Made by a program: the position numbers and the translations under genes. 64,000 nucleotides of DNA from the NCBI GenBank assembly GCA_965204575.1, contig OZ241993.1:672001-736000 (forward strand). Reading direction: 5' to 3'. The DNA is from an uncultured candidatus Porisulfidus sp. GTDB lineage: Bacteria; Pseudomonadota; Gammaproteobacteria; Poriferisulfidales; Poriferisulfidaceae. Positions 63,617 through 64,000 of the stretch are shown here, piece after piece. How positions within the stretch are numbered: position 1 is the stretch's first letter; each line of letters opens with the position of its first letter. The notes below the pieces were generated by a model. It did not search any database and was not told the origin of the DNA. It saw nothing but the letters and a program-made list of their open reading frames with translations.

Positions 63617-64000
63617 ATGCGCATAATTACGCTTAACGCGAATGGCATCCGAAGCGCCGAACGCAAGGGATTCTTCCGGTGGCTGGCCCGCCAGCGGGCG
63701 GATGTGGTCTGCCTGCAGGAGCTCAAGGCCCACCTGCACCAGATCGATTTGCCGATGTTCTATCCGAAGTCGTTTCATTGCTACTACCATCCGGCCGAGC
63801 GGCCCGGCTACAGCGGCGTGGCTTTGTTCTCGCGGGAGGAGCCGGACCGGATCATCGAGGGTTTCGGCTCGGCCGAATTCGACCCGGAGGGCCGCTACCT
63901 GGAGGCTCGCTTCGGTCGCCTGTCGGTGGTTTCCCTGTATGCGCCGTCCGGGTCTTCGAGCGAGGAACGCCAGCAGGCGAAATACCGGTTCATGGACGAG
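63617..64000 (+). CDS. xth: Exodeoxyribonuclease III (3' end lies outside the window)
   Basis: MRIITLNANGIRSA..KGF...DVVCLQELKA...GYSGVA...EGRY...SLYAPSGSS. Confidence 0.93.
   Translation, partial: MRIITLNANGIRSAERKGFFRWLARQRADVVCLQELKAHLHQIDLPMFYPKSFHCYYHPAERPGYSGVALFSREEPDRIIEGFGSAEFDPEGRYLEARFGRLSVVSLYAPSGSSSEERQQAKYRFMDE

Overview
This is 64 kb of a GC-rich gammaproteobacterial chromosome, probably a sulfur oxidiser given a dsrS-like gene. The core backbone carries copB (partial), tRNA-Asn, galU, mazG, nadC, an AGCS symporter, phoBR, pstCAB, yggX, mutY, asmA, moaC, bioCH, plsY, tRNA-Gly, a TrpD-like/Sel1/MoxR/VWA/DsrS operon, sixA, an asnB-like amidotransferase, queG, a GH13 phosphorylase, two TonB receptors (one frameshifted), fur, a SPOR protein, argS, topA, tsaC, hemF, dsbB, hemB, aroE, pyrE and xth (partial). 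Several small, often AT-richer accessory islets interrupt this backbone and carry defence-like or toxin-antitoxin genes. The strongest candidate for an undescribed system is an AT-rich, tightly coupled three-gene cassette at 34.3-39.0 kb: a DNA amino-methyltransferase, a Ser/Thr kinase fused to a P-loop ATPase, and a putative tandem CARF-like protein, with no nuclease or PglZ. A complete IS1111-type IS110 element has a downstream non-coding region whose segments match both its reconstructed target site and its circle junction, as expected for bridge/seek RNA guides. Other notable items are an MTase + AlwI-like/NucS-like nuclease pair, a solitary HEPN-like gene after tRNA-Asn, and an MTase-HNH fusion. 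All family assignments come from motif recognition by eye; no database searches were run.
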